DNA from: an uncultured Actinomycetota bacterium
Lineage (GTDB): Bacteria; Actinomycetota; Actinomycetes; JACCUZ01
Reading direction: 5' to 3'
DNA length: 64,000 nt
NCBI GenBank assembly: GCA_963697675.1
Contig: CAVOOW010000011.1
Coordinates: 9,675 to 73,674, forward strand
In this document: piece after piece, positions 1-11,770 of the stretch
Layout of the letters: each line of letters starts with the position of its first letter
How positions within the stretch are numbered: position 1 is the stretch's first letter
The notes under the pieces: generated by a model
What the model saw: only the letters and a program-made list of their open reading frames with translations
Told to the model about the DNA's origin: nothing
Databases searched by the model: none
Translations under genes and position numbers: made by a program

Positions 1-51
1 TGTGACCGCCGGTGTCTGACCCGGATGTAACGTCGACGCCCGGGGTGACCA

Positions 52-628
52 ATGAGAGACATGACCACTCCCGCACATCCCGACGTCGGTTCGATCGCCA
101 CGGATCCCGACGTCTTCGAGGCGTTCTACCGCGAACACCTCGAGACGGTGCAGCGCTTCGTCGCCCGCAGAGTGGCGCGATCCCCACCTCGCCGCCGATC
201 TGACCGCCGAGGTCTTCCTCGCCGCGGTCGACTCCGCCTCGTCGTACCGCCCCGACCGGGGCTCACCGGGCGCCTGGCTGTTCGGCGTCGCCCGCCACGT
301 GCTCGCGACCGAGTTCCGCCGACAGTCCCGCGACCGTGCGGTCCTGCGCCGCATCTCGGGCCGACGCCTGCTCGACGCCGACTCGCTGGCCCGCATCGAG
401 GAACGGATCGACGCCGAGCGCGAGGCCCGCGAGCTCTACGACGCGCTCGCGTCGCTGCCCCCACGCGACCGCGCCCTCATGGAGCTGGTCGCCGTCGACG
501 GGCTCTCCGTCATCGAAGCCGCTGCCGTGCTGGGGGTGAAGCCGGGCACCGCGCGGGTCCGGCTGCACCGCAGCCGCACCCGGGTCCAGTCCCAGCTCAC
601 ACCACGCACCCAGGAGGTCCTCTCATGA
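52..628 (+). CDS. ECF RNA polymerase sigma factor (frameshifted in assembly)
   Basis: Region 2-like FEAFYREHLETVQRFVARRV (ORF 52..852) joins region 4 ALASLPPRDRALMELVAVDGLSVIEAAAVLGVKPGTARVRLHRSR (ORF 299..628) after an indel near 180. Confidence 0.85.
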
Positions 629-1162
629 GTCTCGACACGTTCGAGCAGTCCCTGCTCAGCGAGCTGCGACAGCACGTCGTCGCCCGCGCAGCGCGCCCGG
701 CCCGCCCCGTCCGCCGGCGATGGACCGCCCGGCGTGGCGGTGGTCGGACTCGCCACGGCGGCCGCGCCGCCGCGCCGTCGCCGTCAGCCTCGGCACCAGC
801 GTCGTCGGCCCGAGCGCGGCGTACGCCGTCGAGTCGGCAGCCCGAACGGTGACGTCGTCGTCACGGTCCACGACCTCGCCGACGCCAGTGGGCTGGAACA
901 CGCCCTCGCGGCCAAGGGGATCCACGCCGACGTCACGTACGTGCCCGGGCTTCTCACAGTCCGGGGGCAAGCGCGGACGTCCTCGGGCGATGACCGCGCG
1001 GCCTGCGACATCGCGCTCGCGAAGGTCGACGGCGGGCTGCGGTTCACCCTCGGCGCCGCCCAGATCGCCACCGGAGCCGAGCTCGACATCGTCACCAGCG
1101 GTTCCAGCCCCACGGACGTCGGTTCGCCCGTTGCGGTGGTCTGGTCGGGCGGTGGCTGCTGA
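625..1162 (+). CDS. Putative membrane-anchored anti-sigma/hypothetical protein (frameshifted)
   Basis: ATGA overlap with the sigma stop and AGGAGG RBS; MSLDTFEQSLLSELRQHV, a hydrophobic segment, then AAYAV..NGDVVVTVHDLADASGLEHALAAKGIHADVTY spread over three frames. Confidence 0.6.
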
Positions 1163-1830
1163 AGCGTCGGCTCCAACCGCAGGTCGGCGAGGATCCGCAG
1201 CACGGCCTAGAGCACGTCGTCGATGGCGCGGGTCTCCGTGACTCGGAGCGGTGCCGGCGCTACCAAGTCGCGCGCTCACCGTGGAAACCGAGGGCGGCGA
1301 GAAGCCGACCTGCGTCGTCGAGGCCGTCAGCGTCCTTGTGCCGTGATGGATGCGATCGAGAAAGACCTGCCCGGTTGTGGGCTCGCGCGTCTTGGCGCCA
1401 ACTCGGTGCGGCTGAGATGCATGGATCCCTAGTACGTATGCGTGTCACGCGGCGCCGCGCGGTCCGGGCATCCGGGACCGCGCAGTGAACCGCCACCTCG
1501 GGGTTGGGCGCGGTTACAGACGAGGATTCGCTCGGGTAAGGACTGTTGGAGAGCTAGTGAATCCCTACAAACAAAGGGATTCGCATAAAGGTGAGCGCGT
1601 AAGACCTCATAATCCCTAGGTCCTGGTTCGAGTGCCCCAGCCGCCCCACCCTCCTATACCTGGGTCGACCAACTACAAGACATCCGTCAGCTGACGGATA
1701 TGCAAGCGGATCCGCTCGATGGTTGGTCGCTCGTGGCTCTATCAGCAGCTGGGTTCCGGCGCCAGGTCGCGTGATACCGCCCAAGCATGGGATCGGCGTG
1801 CCCGGGCTCCCATGTGGGCTGCTAGTTTCC

Positions 1831-2284
1831 GTGAATCCCTCCGGGGGTCAGACTCTCCCGCTGCGCGACCGCGCAGCCGAGCTTGCGTACCTCGTCCGAG
1901 CGCTTGACGTCGCGGCCTCGGGACATCTGAGCGTCGCAGTCATCGAGGGTGAGCCCGGCATCGGGAAGTCGCGGCTGCTGTCCGAGGCCCTCGACGTCGG
2001 CCGCGCTCGAGGCATGGACGTGGCACAGCGCGGGCCCTGGAGCTGGAGCGGACCCGCCCATTCGCTGTGCTGGTCGATGCGTTGAACTTGCACGTCCTCC
2101 GCCACCGATCCTTGCCGCCGAGCGATCGCCGAGCTGCTGGCGATGCGAGCCGGCGACGCCCGTGATCACGGTCAGCAGCGACGTCGGCCTGCGGTTCCAG
2201 CCGAAGTGTCTGCTGTCGGAAGCGACACGACTTGTACCTCGTCAACGATCCGCTGCTAGGCGTAGCGACATCGGCCGCAAGTAG
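1831..2284 (+). pseudogene. Truncated N-terminal AAA-ATPase fragment of a LAL/LuxR regulator
   Basis: LRDRAAELAYL..VIEGEPGIGKSRLL Walker A motif; homology is lost after about 110 codons where it runs into the convergent aminotransferase. Confidence 0.6.
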
Positions 2285-3613
2285 TGGACCACGCGGCGGA
2301 CGGCGTCCATCGCCCGGGCGACGTCGTCGGCGCTGGTGTAGAGGGCGAAGCTGAGCCGGCAGCTCGCCGGCGGGGTCAGGCCGAGGTCGCGGTGCGCCAG
2401 GGTCGCGCAGTGGCAGCCGGCCCGGGCCTCGACGCCTTCGAGGTCCAGACCCTCCGCGAGCCGCATCGGATCGACGCCGTCGACGGTGAACGCCAGGAGG
2501 GGCGAGCGCGGGGTCCCGAGAGCCGGCCCGTACCAGCGTGAGACCGTCGATCGTCATGGCCTCCTGCATGGCGAGCTCGGTCAGCGACCGGGTGTGTGCG
2601 TCGACGCGGTCCATCGCCTGTGCGACGACCGATCGCGGCAGCGGCAGGTCGTCGTCGAACCAGCGCGGCGCGCCCTCCGGGCTGACGAGGTCGAGCACCA
2701 GACGCAGGGCCCGCGCGGAGGCGATGACGCCGAGGATGTTCGGCGTGCCGGCGCTGTACTTCCACGGCAGGTCGTTGTAGTCGACGCGATCGGGAGCCAC
2801 CTGGCCCTCGGCGATCATGTCCCCGCCGTACAGGAACGGGCGGCCGGCCGCGAGCAGGTGCTCCTTCGCGTAGAGCACGCCGACGCCGAACGGCGCCAGC
2901 ATCTTGTGACACGAGAAGGCCAGGATAGTCCACGTCCAGCTGCTGCACGTCGACGAAGCTGCTGGGCACGAGCTGGGCCGCGTCGACCAGCAGGAGCGAC
3001 CCGGTCCGCCCGTCGTCGCGGACGTACCCGCTGCGATCCGCGATCGCCCGGATGGTGGGCAGCGGTGGCTTGGTGCCCAGGAAGTTCGACGCACCGGTGA
3101 CGCAGACGAGCTTCGTCCGCTCGTCGACCAGCTCGGCGAGGTGCTCGAGGTCGAGTGCTCCGGTCCGGTGGTCGAAGCGGACCACGCGGCACTCGACCCG
3201 ACGGCCGAACGCGCGGCAGGATCTCGCGGCACATCCCGTACCACGGCACGAAGTTGGAGTTGTGCTCCATCATCGTGGTGACCACGTTGTCGCCGTCCCG
3301 GAACTCCGTGAGCAGCATGTACATCACGGCGTTGATGGCCTCGGTCGTGTTGCGGTACGTGGCGATGCTGCGGCGGCTGGGCGCGTTGAGCCACTGGGCG
3401 AACGTGTCGTAGGCGCTCTCGAACAGCTCGGTCGTCCGCTGCGACGCGGTCGACTGCCCGCGATGGACGTTGTCGTAGTCGTCCGTCAACGACTGCCAGC
3501 AGCCGGAGCAGCTCCCGTGGCGGCTGCGAGGTCGCCGCGTTGTTGGTCACCACCCGGCCCAGGTCGGGGAAGGCGAAGTGCGACCGCACCCGGTCGACGT
3601 CGAGCACCGTCAC
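2242..3613 (-). CDS. Class V PLP-dependent aminotransferase, SufS/cysteine desulfurase-like (frameshifted)
   Basis: Motifs NNAATSQPP, NTTEAIN, MEHNSNFVPW, VDAAQ, FSCHKMLAPFGVGVL, AGTPN and RAGCHCA across ORFs 1940..3895, 2815..3489, 2376..3185 and 2242..2466; GTGA overlap with the upstream methyltransferase. Confidence 0.85.
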
Positions 3614-4464
3614 GCCTTCCGTCGCCAGGCGCCGATCAGCAACGGCCACAGGAGCGGGCGCTCGCGGTCGGCGTCGGCGTCGTGGCGCAGCTGCGCCAGC
3701 AGCGAGTCCGCCTCGGGCTCGGTCACGATCTCCCGGCTCACGGCCAGCGGCAGCAGGCTGCGGAACACCGCCTCCAGCATCAGCGAAGCGTCCGCCAGCC
3801 GTTCCAGCCGTCCGGTGACGTCGGTCCCGTCCGGCACGCCGACACCGGCCTCGATGAACAGGCGCGGGAGCAACGATCCGACGCGGATCTCGCAACCGGC
3901 GGCCTCGAAGGAGCGGATCAGCAGCTCACCCACCCGGTCAGCACTGGGCAGGGGTGGGGCGGCTCCCACGGCGGACATGTCGTAGTCCTGGACGACGAGG
4001 TAGCCGCCTGGCGCGACCGCGTCCCACAGCCGGGCGAGCACCTCGACCCGCCGCGGAAGATGGAAGAGCAGCAGCCGCGCGTAGACCAGGTCGAACGGGC
4101 CCTGCGGGATGGGCCCATCCTCGGACCAGGTCGTGCGCGACGAAGGTGCACTGCTGATGCCCGTCGCCGCTGGAGCCGATCGACGGCGAGCCCGCCCAGC
4201 GTCTCGTCCACGTCGATGCCGACGACGCGCCCGCGCGGTCCCACCCGTTGGGCCAGCTGGCGCATCGTCTCGCCCGGGACCGCAGCCTGCGTCGAGGCAT
4301 CGTGCTCCGAGCGCCAGGCCGACCCGGTCCAGGATGCGCTCGGTCGCGCCTTCCCACAGCTGGGCCTGGCGGCGCAGCCGCTCGTACTCCTGTGCCGTGC
4401 GGCCGAGTGCGTACGGCGTGGCCTCGGCGGTGCTTGCTTGAACGGTCGTCACGGTGTCCTCCAT
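3610..4464 (-). CDS. Class I SAM-dependent methyltransferase (internal compensating frameshifts)
   Basis: YALGRTAQEYERLRRQA, CLDAGCGPG motif I, FDLVYARLLLFHL, PGGYLVVQDYD. Confidence 0.85.
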   Translation of the reverse strand: MEDTVTTVQASTAEATPYALGRTAQEYERLRRQAQLWEGATERILDRVGLALGARCLDAGCGPGRDDAPAGPTGGTARARRRHRRGRDAGRARRRSAPAATGISSAPSSRTTWSEDGPIPQGPFDLVYARLLLFHLPRRVEVLARLWDAVAPGGYLVVQDYDMSAVGAAPPLPSADRVGELLIRSFEAAGCEIRVGSLLPRLFIEAGVGVPDGTDVTGRLERLADASLMLEAVFRSLLPLAVSREIVTEPEADSLLAQLRHDADADRERPLLWPLLIGAWRRKA

Positions 4465-4526
4465 GGCTGCACGGCGCGGCGATCGGGTCGCCAGCCATGC
4501 TCACCACTGGAGCAGAGGCCGGTGAA

Positions 4527-4544
4527 TCGTGGTCGATACCACGA
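4527..4544. promoter_or_regulatory. Palindromic operator candidate TCGTGGT-CGAT-ACCACGA
   Basis: Perfect 7-bp inverted repeat between the divergent methyltransferase and LAL regulator genes. Confidence 0.5.
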
Positions 4545-4595
4545 GGTTTCGCCGCGACCGTGGACACAGCGCGGGCCAGCGACCGAGACTGAGCC

Positions 4596-7480
4596 ATGGG
4601 CCGGAGCCTGTTGCAGCGCGACAGCGAGCTCGCAGCGTTCGGGCGACATCTGCACGAGGTGCGGGCGGGTTCGGGCCGGGTGGCGGTCGTCGAAGGCCCG
4701 GCCGGGGTCGGCAAGTCCAGCCTGCTGCGAGCGGTCGCCCGGGCCGCCGACGAGTCGGGTATGCGCGTCCTTCGTGCCTGGGCCAGTCCCCTGGAGCAGC
4801 AGGCGGGCTGGGGCATCGCTCGACAGCTCTTCGCGCCGGTCGCCGGGGCTGCCGGCGATCCGGAGTGGGACGGCGCTCGACGTCGGCGCCGCGAGACTGG
4901 CGCAGACGCGTCCTCGACCCCGATCCGGTCGCACCGGCCCCGGCCGGAGACGCGATGCACGCGGCGTCGTACGGCTTGACCTGCCTGGCCACCGAGCTGG
5001 CCGAGCGAACGCCGACCGTGCTGGTCGTCGACGACGTGCACTGGGCCGATGCACCGTCGCTGCGCTGGCTGGTCCAGCTGACCCGTCAGCTGCCGGACCT
5101 GCACCTGGGTGTGCTCTGCGCCGTCCGGTCGGGGGAGCCGTCCGTCGCACCCGCGTTGCTGGACGAGCTGCTCGCGGCTGCGCCGGAACCACCCGTACGA
5201 CCGCGTCCGCTCGGCCCGGACGCGGTCGAGTCGATCGTCGCCGAGCGGCTGCCGACGGCGGGAGCGGCCTTCGCGCATGCCTGCCACGCGGCCAGCGCCG
5301 GCAACCCGTTCCTGCTCGGCGCGCTGATCGACGAGCTGCTCGCGCAAGGGGTCGAGCCGACCGCCGAGGTCGCCGCCCGGTTGACGACGTTCGGCCCCGA
5401 GCAGGTGGGCCGCACCGTGCGAGCTCCAGCTCTCCCGGCTCCCGGACCGGCGCGGCGGAGCTGGCGCGCGCGTTCGCCGTCCTGGGTCGCGGAGCGCTGC
5501 TTCGCCAGGCGGCGTCGCTCGCCGAGCTCGACGTCGCCGACGCCGAGCTGCTGGCCGATCGCCTGGCAGCGGTCGGGATCCTGGGCATCGCAGGGTGATG
5601 GCCACGCCCTGACCCACCCGCTGGTGGAGAGCGCCCTCTACCGGAGCCTGCCGGCCGGCGAGCGCTCGCTGCTGCACCGCCGCGCGGCCGATCTGCTGGC
5701 CGGAGAGCAGGCGGACGTGGAGGCCGTCGGCCTGCATCTGGTCCATGCCGAACCGGCCGCTGACCCGCAGACCGTGACGAGGCTGCACGCGGCAGCCGGA
5801 CGCGCGCACGTTCGCGGTGCTCCCGAGGCCGCGGCCACGTTCCTGCGGCGCGCCCTCGCGGAACCGCCTGCGGAGCCCGCGCTCATCGCGGACCTGCACT
5901 GCGAGCTCGGGCTCGAGCTCGCGGCTCAGGTGCAACCCGGGGCGCGCGACCATCTGCACGAGGCGGTGGCGCTCGCGGTCACGCCCGAGCAGCGGCTGCG
6001 GATCGCCCTGTCGGGGTGCCGAGCCGTCGGGCTGGCCGGCGACTTCGACGACGCCATCGAGATCGCGCGTCGGGGCCTCGCCGAGCAGGCCGGCGACGCG
6101 GACCTTCGCGGACAGCTCGAGCTCGAGATGGTCTGCTCGATGATGCTCGTCGGCGGACACCGTCGAGGAGGGGTACGAACGCGTCCGCGCGCACCGGGCG
6201 GCGGATCGCGACAGCCTGTGGCGGATCCCGCTGGCGTGGGAGGCCGCAGCGGCGGACGGCTGGTCGCGCGGACGACGTCCGCGGGCTCCTCGAACCTGCC
6301 ATCGATGCCGTGACCCCACCACGCGGGACCGACTCGCTGGTCAGCACGTGGGCGAAGTTCATCCTGATCGCCAACGGCGACTTCGACGCGGCGCGCCGGC
6401 TCTGCGACGGCGTGGTCGAGCTGGCCCGACCACAGGGATGGCTGATCGCGCTGGCCCACGGCAGCTTCGTCCGGGCGATCGTCCTCATGCACGTCGGTCG
6501 GATCCACGACGCCCGCGCCGATGCGGAGGTGTCGTTCAGGTTCAAGCTGGCCAACAGCCCGCCGGCCGCACTGCTCTGGTCCCTCTTCCCGCTGGTGGAG
6601 GCACTGACCGAGCTGGGCGAGCTCGACGAGGCCGACTCCGCGCTCGAGGCCGGCCTGCCCACCGGTGACCCGCCCGAGGCCTGCCTGTCCGGTGCTCACC
6701 TCCTGGAGCGCCGCGCGCAGCTCCGGATGGCGCAGGGCCGCTACGACGAGGCGCACGCGGACCTGGTGCGGGCGGCGGACTGGTGGCAGCGGCTGCACAT
6801 CCGGCACCCCGCGACCGCCGCCTGGCGGGTCATCGACGCCGAGGCGCTCGTGGCGCTCGGCGACCGGCGGGCCGCCCGGGACCTGGCCGTGGCGCACCTG
6901 GAGCTGGCCGAGCGCACGGGCCTGCCCGAGCCGCGCGGCGCCGGCCTGCGCGCGCTGGCCCTGACCGATGAGCCCGACGCAAGCCGTCGAGCTCCTGGAG
7001 CGCGCGGTGGCCCTGCTCGCGCCCAGTCCCGCCCGGCTGGAGCACACCAGGGCACTCGTCGCGCTCGGGGCTGCGCTCCGCCGGGCCAACCGCCGCGAGG
7101 ACGCGCGGGAGCCGCTTCGGCAGGCGCTCGACCAGGCTCAGCGCGGTGGGATGCGACTGCTCGCCGACCGCGCCCGGCACGAGCTGCAGGCGGCTGGGGC
7201 ACGGCCGCGGCGCACCGCGCTCACCGGCATCGACTCGCTGACGCCGTCGGAGCGGCAGGTGGTCGATCTCGCGGCGCAGGGTCACGGCAACCGCGAGATC
7301 GCCCAACGGCTCTACGTCACGCGCCGCACCGTCGAGACCCATCTGACGCACGCCTTCGGAAAGCTCGGTGTCTCGAGCCGGTCCGACCTCGTCGAGCTGC
7401 TTTCTCCGTCAGTGAACGCGGGAAAGGCAGCGGACGAGGGGTCCGACATTGACAGCGGCTTCGTCGCGCCTCTGCGCTAG
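4596..7480 (+). CDS. LAL-family AAA-ATPase/LuxR transcriptional regulator (several frameshifts)
   Basis: VEGPAGVGKSSLL Walker A, LVVDDVHWAD Walker B, AGNPFLL, C-terminal LuxR HTH LTPSERQVVDLAAQGHGNREIAQRLYVTRRTVETHL. Confidence 0.88.
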
Positions 7481-7662
7481 GAGATGAAGCTCCCTGGCAA
7501 GTTGCCCGGCGAAATCTCGTGCGACCGGCCCCACCCCTTCCGTGTCGAACTAGTGGTCGCCAAGCAGGCGCGCGCCAGTCGCTGGCATCGCCGGACCCGA
7601 CGCGGCGACAGCCGGGGTTGCCGGGCGACCGGCAACCCCGACCGCATTCGCGGTAGCCCCAC

Positions 7663-8383
7663 TCACCTCAATGCGGGGCGTTCCGGTGCCACGAACAGTG
7701 TGAACGTCTCCTCGATGGGGGTGTCGACCCCGACGAAGGTCGCCGTCACGTGAACGGTGTGGGTGCCCGGTGCGGTCAGGCACAGCGCTGCCGCCCAGCC
7801 GTCGGCGGTGAAGCTGGCCGGCCCGGCGGGCAGCCCTGCCGGGTTGTCGGCGGGGATGTCGATGCGCCGCAGCGGCGGCGAGACCGCGAACGCGCGGCGG
7901 GTGAGCTCGACCGGGACACCCCCGTCGACTGCGAGGGTCATCGACGTGAGGGCTGCGTTGTATTCGCGCGCACATGCCCGTTGCGCGGCCTGGCCGATGG
8001 CGAAGAACGGCGGCTCTTCGACGTCGCTGCACGAGGCACCGACGAGCGCCACAGCGGTGTCGCCTGCGCGCAGGTGGCAGGTGAGCAGGTCGGGACGTGA
8101 GCCACACGACGCGGTTGTGCCGGCCCAGGTGGTGGCAGTCGCCGACGGCAGGTACGACCGGTCCGACGTAGTCGATGACGAATGAGTCGGCAAATAGCTG
8201 TGGGCCGGTGCGGCCATCGAGGAGCCCGGCGATCGGCCGGAAGGTGGGCGCGGCCTTGACCTCAGCCGCGTTTGCTTGGGCGGCGGGCGCGCGATGGCCC
8301 GCGGCCGCGGCCGGGCCGTTGGGCACGGCGAGCACCGCGGCGGCGGCGAGAGCGGCGAGCAGGACGAGACGTGAACGGGGCAT
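7663..8383 (-). CDS. Secreted Cys-containing hypothetical protein (one frameshift)
   Basis: Signal peptide MPRSRLVLLAALAAAAVLAV with GGAGG RBS; continues in ORF 7663..8217 (ASCSDVEEPPFF..ACAREYN..PGTHTVHVTATF). Confidence 0.65.
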
Positions 8384-8512
8384 GGGTGCCTCCAAGGTGC
8401 CGCGCCGGGCGTGGTGTCCGGCGGTCACCACGACGCTGCTCCTAAGGACCGTGGTTGCGCATTGGGCAACTGCCCCTATCTCGTCACCGTCTGCTGCGCG
8501 GCCGGCGGTGAG

Positions 8513-11476
8513 TTATCTGCCGGCAGGCTCATCGGTGTCGGCAAGTCCGTGTGCCCAGGCATACGCGGCGGCTTCGCCGCGGCTGGCGACGCCGAGCTTG
8601 GCGAGAATGCGCGACACGTGGGCGCTGGCGGTCTTGCGAGCCAGGAACAGCTCGGCGGCTATCTGCGGATTGCTGCGCCCCGCCGCGACCAGCGACAGCA
8701 CCTGGCGCTCCCGCTCCGTCAGACCAGCCTCTGCGCCGTCGGGGGTGATCCTGCCGGCTTCGAGGCTGGTGCGGGTCCGTCGAGCGAGGGCCGAGGCCGC
8801 GCGGGTGATGCCGTTGGCGCCGATCCGCCGGCTCGTCGCCCACGCGGCACGCAGCGCCTGCTGGCCGGTGTCCCGTTCACGTTCGGCGAAGCCGGCATTG
8901 GCGAGTGCCATCGTGGCCTCGAGCGCGTCGTATTCGAAACCGGTCGCCTGCCACGCTTCCCGGCACTGTTGCCAGGCCAGCACCGTGGGTGCTCCGGCGC
9001 AGGCCGCGCGCCAGGCCTCAGCGGCCGCGAGCTCGCCGGCGGCGGCGGTGCCCCACCGGCATCCGCCAGGCACGTCACGTGCCGCGGCCAGGAACACCTC
9101 GCCGCGAGTGAGCAAGTCTTCGTGCGCGCTTCGGTGATCCACTGGAACCGCGGCCACGGCCGCGAGGGTGCGTCGGGCGATGGTGGCGAGGTCGAGGTCG
9201 CCGTCGAGATCGTCGCAGGCCTTGGCGACGTACGCCGCCAGCTCGGCCGCTTCGTGTGACCGGCCCAGGGCGAGGTAGACGTCGATCATCGGTGACAGGT
9301 CACCAAAGCCGTTGCCGAAGGCGTCGGGCCCGGTGAAGTACACCCGGACCTCCTCGAAAGCCGCAAGTGCCGCCGGGAGATCACCGCGGCGGGTCCACAG
9401 TTCGGCGGCGACCGACGTGATGACCGCCCGAGCCAGACCGGGCTGCCAGCCGGACAGCAGGGCGGCGATCAGTTGCTCGGCCTCGGTCAGCCGCCCGACC
9501 CGACCGGACAGGAAGATGTCAGCGCCGGTGCAGTAGAACTGCGCAGCCGGCAACCCGAGCGCAGCGGCCCGCTGTGCGGATCGCTGGGCCAGCGCGATGC
9601 CTTCCTCCGGGTAGCCGTAGGCGCCGAGCGAGAATGCGTACACGCCGGCGTACAGGAGCACGTCCGAGGCCGGACCACAGCGCTCGAACCGGTCCATCGC
9701 CGCCTGGGCATCGGCGAGTCCCTCGTCCAGCTCGCCGGTGGAGAGCTGCGAAACCGCGACAATCAGCGCGGCCATCGCCTCGTCCGCGTCCGCCCCCACC
9801 GCCCGGGCCACTTCTTGAGCCCGCGCGGCGAGGCGCCGGGCCTCGCGGTTTCGGCCGTAGTACGCGAACTGGTAGGCAGCGGCGACCGCGAGCGCGTGCG
9901 CGAGTTCCGGGGACGTCGTTCCCTCGGCGTAGCCGATGGCTCGATCGAGCGCCACCTGCTGTTCCTTCGGGTCGCCGACCGCCGCCGCCACATGGTCCGC
10001 GCGTACGGCGTAGATGCGGCTGGCTAGCAGCGGATCCCGCTCGACGTCGACCAGCTCGAGCGCCTGCGCGAGCAACTCGTGCGCCCGCACTGGGTCGCCA
10101 GCGGTGGCGACCGGTGACGCGGCCAGGCAGAGCAGCTCGGCCCGCGACATCCCCGCCAACGCCTCCGGGTCGGGCACCTGCCCCCACCAGCCGAGCACCC
10201 GTTCGAGGTGGGTGACCGCCTCAGGCAGCCCCAGACGGGCAGCGGCTCTCCCGGCGTGCACCGCGGCCGGTAGCGCGCCCGCGAGGTCACCGGCGGCTCC
10301 AAGGTGGTAGGCCAGCAGGCCCCAATCAGCCATGCCGACCGCAGCGCCCTCTTGCTCTGCGCTCGCAGCGGCGGCGGTCCCCGCGATGCGGCGGCGGACA
10401 GCCTCGCCGTACTTGGCATGCGCCCGCGGCAGCTCGGTCGGCAGCACGTCGCCGTAGACCGCGTCGCGCAGCAGCGCGTGTCGGAACGCGAGCAGGTCAC
10501 CGCGCCGGACCAGCAGGTTCGCGTCGAATGCCTCCCGCAGCGCGGCATCGAGCGCTGCAAGCGGCTTGCTGACGACGGCTTCCAGCAGCTGCGTGTCGAT
10601 GAGGGTCCCGCCCACCGACGCGACCCGCAGGACCTCGACCGCGACTGCTGTCAGGTCGTCGAGCCGCGACAGGAACAGGTCGGCCAGGTCCCGGGGCACC
10701 AACTGTGCATCCTCGCGCCGATGCGCCGCGACGAGCTCGAGCAGGTACAGCGGGTTCCCACCCGAGCGTCCCGACACGAGCCCGAGATCCAGCTCCTGCA
10801 TGTCAGGTCCGCCCATTCGCACCGCGAGCTCGCGGGCGGCCTGGTCGTCGAGCGGGCCTAACGTGATCGGTACGCAATGTTTGGCGCGACGCAGCTGCCG
10901 CAGGCACGGCCGCAGCGGATGCCGGCGCCCGACGTCGTCGGTCCGGTACGTGATCAACACTGCAAGGGCCTGGTCCCGCACAGCCGACACCGCGACGAGC
11001 GCGTCGCGGGTCGATTGGTCGGCCCAGTGCACGTCCTCGAGCACGAGCAGAACCGGCGCGCGGTCAGCTGCCTGCACAAGCACCTCGCGTACGCACTCCA
11101 ACACCTGACCGGGCGCCAAGCTGGCGACGGCGCGGCCAGCCGTTGGCAGCAACTGGGCGAGGATCTCCGCGGCGGGGCTGTCGAGCCGCCGGTCGCGGGC
11201 ATCGGTCTCCCCGCGGAGCAGGGGTTGCAGAGCGTCGAGGACGGGGGTGAGTCCGGCGTCTGACGCCACGTCCAGGCAATGGCCGGTAAGAACGGTGAAT
11301 CCTCGCTCGGCCGCGAAGCCGGCTGAAACGTCGGCAAGGGCGGACTTGCCGATGCCGGCGTCGCCTGCGACGAGCAGCAGACTCGGTTGGCCGTGAACGG
11401 TGTCTTCCAGGACGTCGCGTATTTGCTGGCTCTCGATGTCCCGTCCGATCAGATCTGCGTCAGCCAGAACTTTCAC
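8513..11476 (-). CDS. LAL-family AAA-ATPase/LuxR transcriptional regulator
   Basis: 987 aa intact; LIGRDIE, AGDAGIGKS, LVLEDVHWAD, GGNPLYL, C-terminal GLTERERQVLSLVAAGRSNPQIAAELFLARKTASAHVSRILAKLG. Confidence 0.92.
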   Translation of the reverse strand: MKVLADADLIGRDIESQQIRDVLEDTVHGQPSLLLVAGDAGIGKSALADVSAGFAAERGFTVLTGHCLDVASDAGLTPVLDALQPLLRGETDARDRRLDSPAAEILAQLLPTAGRAVASLAPGQVLECVREVLVQAADRAPVLLVLEDVHWADQSTRDALVAVSAVRDQALAVLITYRTDDVGRRHPLRPCLRQLRRAKHCVPITLGPLDDQAARELAVRMGGPDMQELDLGLVSGRSGGNPLYLLELVAAHRREDAQLVPRDLADLFLSRLDDLTAVAVEVLRVASVGGTLIDTQLLEAVVSKPLAALDAALREAFDANLLVRRGDLLAFRHALLRDAVYGDVLPTELPRAHAKYGEAVRRRIAGTAAAASAEQEGAAVGMADWGLLAYHLGAAGDLAGALPAAVHAGRAAARLGLPEAVTHLERVLGWWGQVPDPEALAGMSRAELLCLAASPVATAGDPVRAHELLAQALELVDVERDPLLASRIYAVRADHVAAAVGDPKEQQVALDRAIGYAEGTTSPELAHALAVAAAYQFAYYGRNREARRLAARAQEVARAVGADADEAMAALIVAVSQLSTGELDEGLADAQAAMDRFERCGPASDVLLYAGVYAFSLGAYGYPEEGIALAQRSAQRAAALGLPAAQFYCTGADIFLSGRVGRLTEAEQLIAALLSGWQPGLARAVITSVAAELWTRRGDLPAALAAFEEVRVYFTGPDAFGNGFGDLSPMIDVYLALGRSHEAAELAAYVAKACDDLDGDLDLATIARRTLAAVAAVPVDHRSAHEDLLTRGEVFLAAARDVPGGCRWGTAAAGELAAAEAWRAACAGAPTVLAWQQCREAWQATGFEYDALEATMALANAGFAERERDTGQQALRAAWATSRRIGANGITRAASALARRTRTSLEAGRITPDGAEAGLTERERQVLSLVAAGRSNPQIAAELFLARKTASAHVSRILAKLGVASRGEAAAYAWAHGLADTDEPAGR

Positions 11477-11770
11477 CTCATCGCTGCGTTCGTTGGCTCA
11501 AGCGAAACATCGCCGGTGCCCGTAGGCAAGACGCAGGTTCGTGTGCCGTCGCCGAGCAGCCCGCGGGGCGGGTCTGACTCAGCGGCTGAAGCGTCGAGTC
11601 GCGCCTTGCACATGTTCGGCTGATTCTTTGACACCTGCATGAGGGAGGATGAGAGTCGCTGAGCAGCGAGGTATCAGGCGGCTTCTGACCTCGGCAGACG
11701 GGCACGCGCAGGCCCCAGCCCGCCGATCTTCGGCCGGGACTTGCAGCGGATCACTCTCGCGACGCGCGGC

